Positions 46,401 through 52,400 of a stretch of DNA of 64,000 nt are shown in pieces. Position 1 is the stretch's first letter; each line of letters starts with the position of its first letter. The translations under genes were made by a program, and so were the position numbers. Origin of the DNA: Candidatus Oxydemutatoraceae bacterium (GTDB taxonomy: Bacteria; Pseudomonadota; Gammaproteobacteria; Poriferisulfidales; Oxydemutatoraceae); NCBI GenBank assembly GCA_965220085.1, contig CBDCOZ010000003.1, positions 1,760,001-1,824,000 of the forward strand, read 5' to 3'. Below the pieces are notes generated by a model that was given only the letters and a program-made list of their open reading frames with translations, was not told the DNA's origin and made no database searches.

Positions 46401-49400
46401 CGCCGCCTCGTAATCCAATTCGCGCTCTACGGTAACCTCGCCGCTGTCGCTGTCTATTGCAAACAGGCCGCCCGCATCATTGTTCAGGCTCCAGGTCACT
46501 CCGCTTACCGCAACCTCATTCTCGTCGGTCGCCTCCAGAACAACGTCCGATACCGTCGTGCCAATTGCCGTATCCTCGGCAAGCTCTATCATAGCGACGC
46601 CGGTGTTCTTTATCCCCAGTATCTCCAGCACATTCGTTACAGCGATGGTCAGGTCGAGGCCGCTTGAACTCACATCGCCTTTATCGGCTTGCACTCTCAC
46701 CGGATAGCCGGTTTGTGTCTCATAATCCAATGTGTCCGAAGCGAGGCTGATGACCCCGTCGGGGCCTATTAAGAACAAGCCGCTCGGATCGATCAGGTTC
46801 CAGAGCACGTCGCTTACGGCGCTGCCGCTCTCGTCGCTCACCGTCAGGGCAATGCCCGGCACCGCCGTATTGACGTCCGCATCCTCGGCCAGCTCTATCG
46901 CGCCGCTGCCGGTATTCGTTATCGTCAAAGTCTCCAGCACGTTCACCACTTCCACTTGTACATTAATCTCCGCGCTATCCGCCCCTCGCGTCGCGCGCAC
47001 CGTCAAGACATGCTCGCGGGCTGTCTCGTAGTCCAATGCGCCCGCCACCGTGATTGCGCCGCTGGCGCTGTCTATTGCAAACAGGCCTCCCGCATCATCG
47101 CTCAGGCTCCAGGTCACTCCGCTCAGAGAGTTGTTATCGGCATCTCTCGCTTCCAGACCCAGACCCGATACCACCGTGCCCGAAGTCACCGACTCCGATA
47201 TCTCTGTCCGATTGTCCATATCCGGCAAATCAACAATCACAAGGTTCTCGTTGATTTCTCCCACGTTTATCACCAGACTTACTTCGTTTGAATTTACGCC
47301 GTCTCCCGAAGCTCGCGCTGTCACCGTGTGTTGCGGGGATGTCTCGTGGTTTAACGAGTTCGCAGCAACCAGAATGATAGCGCCGGCGGAGTCTATCAAA
47401 AATAAATTATTCGGGTTAGCGGTCAGAGTCCATGACAGATCGCTCGTCACCGCGTTATTTGCTTCGTCTTTTGCTTCCAGCGCTATGCCCAAAACCTGAC
47501 TGCCTGCGGCCGCGTTCTCGGCTATCGTATTGGCGGCGGCGTTTCTGTCTCTGATCGTCAGCGCCTCCAGCACATTCGTTACGGCGATGGTCAGGGTTTC
47601 CTCGCTTGACGTGATGTCGCCTTTTGTGACTTGCACTGTCACCGCGTAACTATTCGGCGGTGTCTCGTAATCCAATCTGTCCGAAGCGATGAGGCTGATT
47701 GCGCCGCTGGCGCTGTTTATTGCAAACAGGTCGGGGTCGGCCGGATCGCTCAGAGTCCATGTCACGCCGCTCACTGTGTCACCAATCTCGTCGGCCACCA
47801 CCAGAGCAATGCCCGATACCGCCGTGTCGGCTTCCGCATTCTCGGCGATGGCATTGTCGTCGGCATCTTCATCGACAATCGTCAGTGTCTCCAGCACATT
47901 GGTTACGGCGATAGTCAGGGTTAATTCATCCGAATCTATGCCGTCCTTTGACGCGCGCGCGCCGACCGTGTGTTGCGTTGCCGCCTCGTAGTCCAATGCG
48001 CCCGCCACCGTGATTGCGCCGCTGGCGCTGCCTATTGCAAACAGGTCGGGGACATCCGGATTGCTCAAAGTCCATGTCAGCCCGCTCACCGGGTTATCGC
48101 TCTCGTCGGTCGCGGTCAGAGCGATGCCCGGCGCCGCTGTGCCGGTTGGCGCATTCTCGGCAAGTTCTATCGCGCCGCTGCCGCTATTCGCTATCGTCAA
48201 CGTCTCCAATACATTCGTCACGGCAATGGTCACTGCTATGGCGCCGCTGACAACGCCGGTTGAGGCTTGCGCCGTTATCGTGTGACTCTCTGCCGTCTCA
48301 AAATCCAACGCGCTCGCCAACGTGACGACTCCGCTATCAGAACTAATCGCAAACAAACCGCCCGCGTCATTGCTCAACTCCCATGTGAAGTCTGTGCCGC
48401 CGACCAGAGGCAGACTGCCTTCGCTCGCGGTCAAGGTGATGCCCGGCACCGCTGTGCCGGTTGGCGCATTCTCGGTCAGCTCTATCGCGCCGCTGGCGGT
48501 ATTCGCTATCGTCAGTGTCTCCAATACATTGGTGACATCGATTGTCAGTGTCAGCGCATTAGACACCACAGTCTGCGAACTTGCCTGTGCGATTATCGTG
48601 TGGCTCGGCGCCGTCTCAAAATCCAATGCGCTCGCCAACGTTACCTCGCCGTCGGCGCTAATCGCAAACAAGCCGCCAGCGGCATCGGTCAAACTCCAAG
48701 TCACATCGCTCACTGCGTCACCGCCCTCGTCGGTCGCGGTCAAGGTGATGCCCGGCGCCGCTGTGCCGGTTGGCGCATTCTCGGTCAGCTCTATCGCGCC
48801 GCTGTCGGTATTCGCTATCGTCAGTGTCTCCAATACATTGGTGACATCGATTGTCAGTGTCAGCGCATTAGACACCACAGTCTGCGAACTTGCCTGTGCG
48901 ATTATCGTGTGGCTCGGCGCCGTCTCAAAATCCAATGCGCTCGCCAACGTTACCTCGCCGTCGGCGCTAATCGCAAACAAGCCGCCAGCGGCATCGGTCA
49001 AACTCCAAGTCACATCGCTCACTGCGTTATTGCCCTCGTCGGTCGCGACCAGAGTGATGCCCGGCACCGTGTCGCCCGCCGGCGCATCCTCGGCAAGCTC
49101 TATCGCGCCGCTGTCGGTATTCGCTATCGTCAGTGTCTCCAATACATTGGTGACATCGATTGTCAGTGTCAGCGCATTAGACACCACAGTCTGCGAACTT
49201 GCCTGTGCGATTATCGTGTGGCTCGGCGCCGTCTCAAAATCCAATGCGCTCGCCAACGTTACCTCGCCGTCGGCGCTAATCGCAAACAAGCCGCCAGCGG
49301 CATCGGTCAAACTCCAAGTCACATCGCTCACTGCGTCACCGCCCTCGTCGGTCGCGGTCAAGGTGATGCCCGGCGCCGCTGTGCCGGTTGGCGCATTCTC

Positions 49401-52400
49401 GGTCAGCTCTATCGCGCCGCTGTCGGTATTCGCTATCGTCAGTGTCTCCAATACATTGGTGACATCGATTGTCAGTGTCAGCGCATTAGACACCACAGTC
49501 TGCGAGCTTGCCTGTGCGATTATCGTGTGGCTCGGCGCCGTCTCAAAATTCAATGCGCCAGCCACCGTCACTTCGCCGCCGGTGCTAATCGCAAACAGGC
49601 CGTCAGCGTTATCAGGCAGACTCCATGTCAGGTCGGTTACCGGACGACCGCCTTCGTCGGTCGCGACCAGAGCGATGCCCGGCACCATGGCGTCGGCTGT
49701 CGCAGTCTCGGCAAGCGCTATCGCGCCGCTGCCGGCATTCTCTATCGTCAGGTTCTCCAGCACATTCAATACATTGATTGTCAGTTCCAGCGGCGGGCCC
49801 GGTTCATAACCGGCGGCTTCGGCGGTTACCGTCACGATATGACTGCGCGCGCCCGTATCTTCGTAATCCAGCGTGTTGTCCGCGATTAAAGTGATGATGC
49901 CCGTGTCGGTCGCTATTGCAAACAAGTCGTTCGGATCGCTCAAGCTCCAGGTCACTGTCACTCCGCTCACCGCAACGCTAGCGGGGTCTTGCGCTTCCAA
50001 CATCACACCCGCTATCGCCGTGCCCGCCGTTGCGTTCTCGGCTATCGTCGCCGTGTCGGCACCGCCCGTCGCATCGGTATCCGCAACCTGTAACTGCGGC
50101 TCATCAACATCGGTCACTGTTATCGTCAGCGCCAACTCGTTTGAGTTTATGCCGTCCTTTGAGGCTTGCGCCGTTATCGTGTGGCTCTGTGCCGTTTCAA
50201 AGTCCGGCGGGGTTGCGACTCTTACTTCGCCGCCGGCGCTAATCGCAAACAGACCGCTCGCATCGCTCAGGTTCCAGGTCACTCCGGTTACGGCATTGCC
50301 GCTCTCGTCGCTCGCCGTCAGAGCGGTCACTGCTGTGCCGGCTGGCGTATTCTCGGCGAGTTCTATCGCGTCGCTGCCGGTATTCTCTATCGTCAGCTTC
50401 TCCAGCGCATTCAATACATTAATCGTCAGTTCCAGCGTCGCCGTCGCAAAACCGGCGGCGGCAGCGGTTACCGTTACGGCATGGGTGCGCGCATCCGTGT
50501 CTTCGTAATCCAGCGTGTCGCTCGCAATAAAAGTAATTGCGCCCGTGTCAGTCGCTATTGCAAACAAGCCGTCGGCATCATCGCTCAGGCTCCAGGTCAC
50601 ATCGCTCACATCAGCGCCGTCGGGGCCTCTTGCCGCCAACATCACACCCGCTATCGCCGTACCCATCGGCGAATTCTCAATGATGGTATTGTCGCCGTCG
50701 GCGCGATCGACTATCGTCAGTGTCTCCGGCACATCCGTTACGTCGATGATCAGGGACAGTGTCGAGGTTGCGCCGTCCTTTGAGGCTTGCACCGTAATCG
50801 TGTGTTGCTCTGAGGTCTCAAAGTCCAATTCGTCCGCTACGGTAATCGCGCCGACGGCATCTATTGCAAACAAACCGCCCGCGTCATCGCTCAGCATCCA
50901 TTCCGCTCCGGTTATCACCTCGTCATTCTCGGTCGCTACCAGATTGATGCCCGCTACCTCTGTGTCGATCTGCGCATCCTCGGCGATGGCATTGGCGTCG
51001 GGGTCGCTATCGGTAATCGCCAGAGCCTCGACCACATTCAGCACATTTATCGTCAGCGTAAGCCTGACAAAAGAATTGGAACTGACCGTATCGGCGGTTA
51101 CCACTACGGTGTGTTGCGTTGATGCTTCGTAGTTCAGCATTTTGCCCGCAGCCAAAGTGATTACGCCCGTGTCAGCCGCTATCGCAAACAAGCCGTCGGC
51201 ATCATCGGTCAGGGACCATACCGCATCGATTGCAACCGCGTTATTGCGGAGGAATGCCCCCAGATCCACATCCGCCACCGGAGTACCCGCCGTGGCGTCC
51301 TCGGCTATCGTCGCCGTGTCGGCATCGCCGGCGGGGTCGGCATCGACTATCGTCAGTATATTGACGCTCACCTTTGCGGAACGGGCTGCCTCGCCGCCGT
51401 GAATGACCGCCGCGACATGATAGGCCAAGGGAACCACAAAGCCCTCGGGGATAGTTCTGTCAAGATGGCCTCTGTCCGCTGTGGGCGTCCTGCCGACAGT
51501 GTCACTCCTCACCGCCGCCCCGTCGCGGTAGATGTGGTACGTAATCGTCGGCGGCGGGTTCCATTCCGGCGGTATCGACGGTGCGAGCCAAGCCAATGCC
51601 ACCTCCTCGCGATTCTCAAACGCAAGCAACTCTTGCGGGCCTTCGCGCAGTTGGAAACCGAACTCTTGCCAACTCGCCGTGCTGTCGCCGTTAAAGTCAA
51701 CCTTCAGCGCCGGGTATTGCGAGGCGGTGCCGAAATCCCAGTGCTCGTTACTGGTCGGGTTCCAGTCTGCATAGATACCGGTGCGCGTCGTCGGCGCCTG
51801 TAACTCGGCGGTCGCATGACCGCTGATGCCGGTGATGGCAACGCCGTTGCCGGCGGCATTGTCCTTGCCCGATGTCTTGGTATCCCAGACGATGGCGGTT
51901 GCATCAAGGCCAAAATAAGCGCCGATGACACCGCCGCCGTCAGCCGCGGGCGCGATCAGGGCGGTGGAATAACTGCGGCGTATCGGGACAGCCGCCTCAT
52001 TGTTCCTGCCAAGCAAGCCGCCGGAGGCAGGCGCCGCGCCATCCGATGCATCGACATAACCGGTGGCGTAAGAATCTTCCAGAAAGGAACCATCCCTTCC
52101 GTCCAAATTGCCAATCAGACCGCCGGTCCAATTGGTACGAACCTGTGTTGATCCGTTGCCGTCGCCATACGCGCGCGTTCTGCCGGTGGCATAACTCCTG
52201 ACTACTTCAAGACCGCGACCAAAGCCGACCAAGGAACCGACTTCGTTGCCGCCCTCTATCCTGACCGCCGACCAGCTGTTCTCAATCCGTGCGCGAAGAC
52301 CGCTTTGTCCGTTCATCAAACCCGCTATGCCGCCAATCCGGTTCGCATTGGTGCTGCCGGCAGGACCCCCATCGCCCGTGCCCGCGGTTATCAAACCGGT

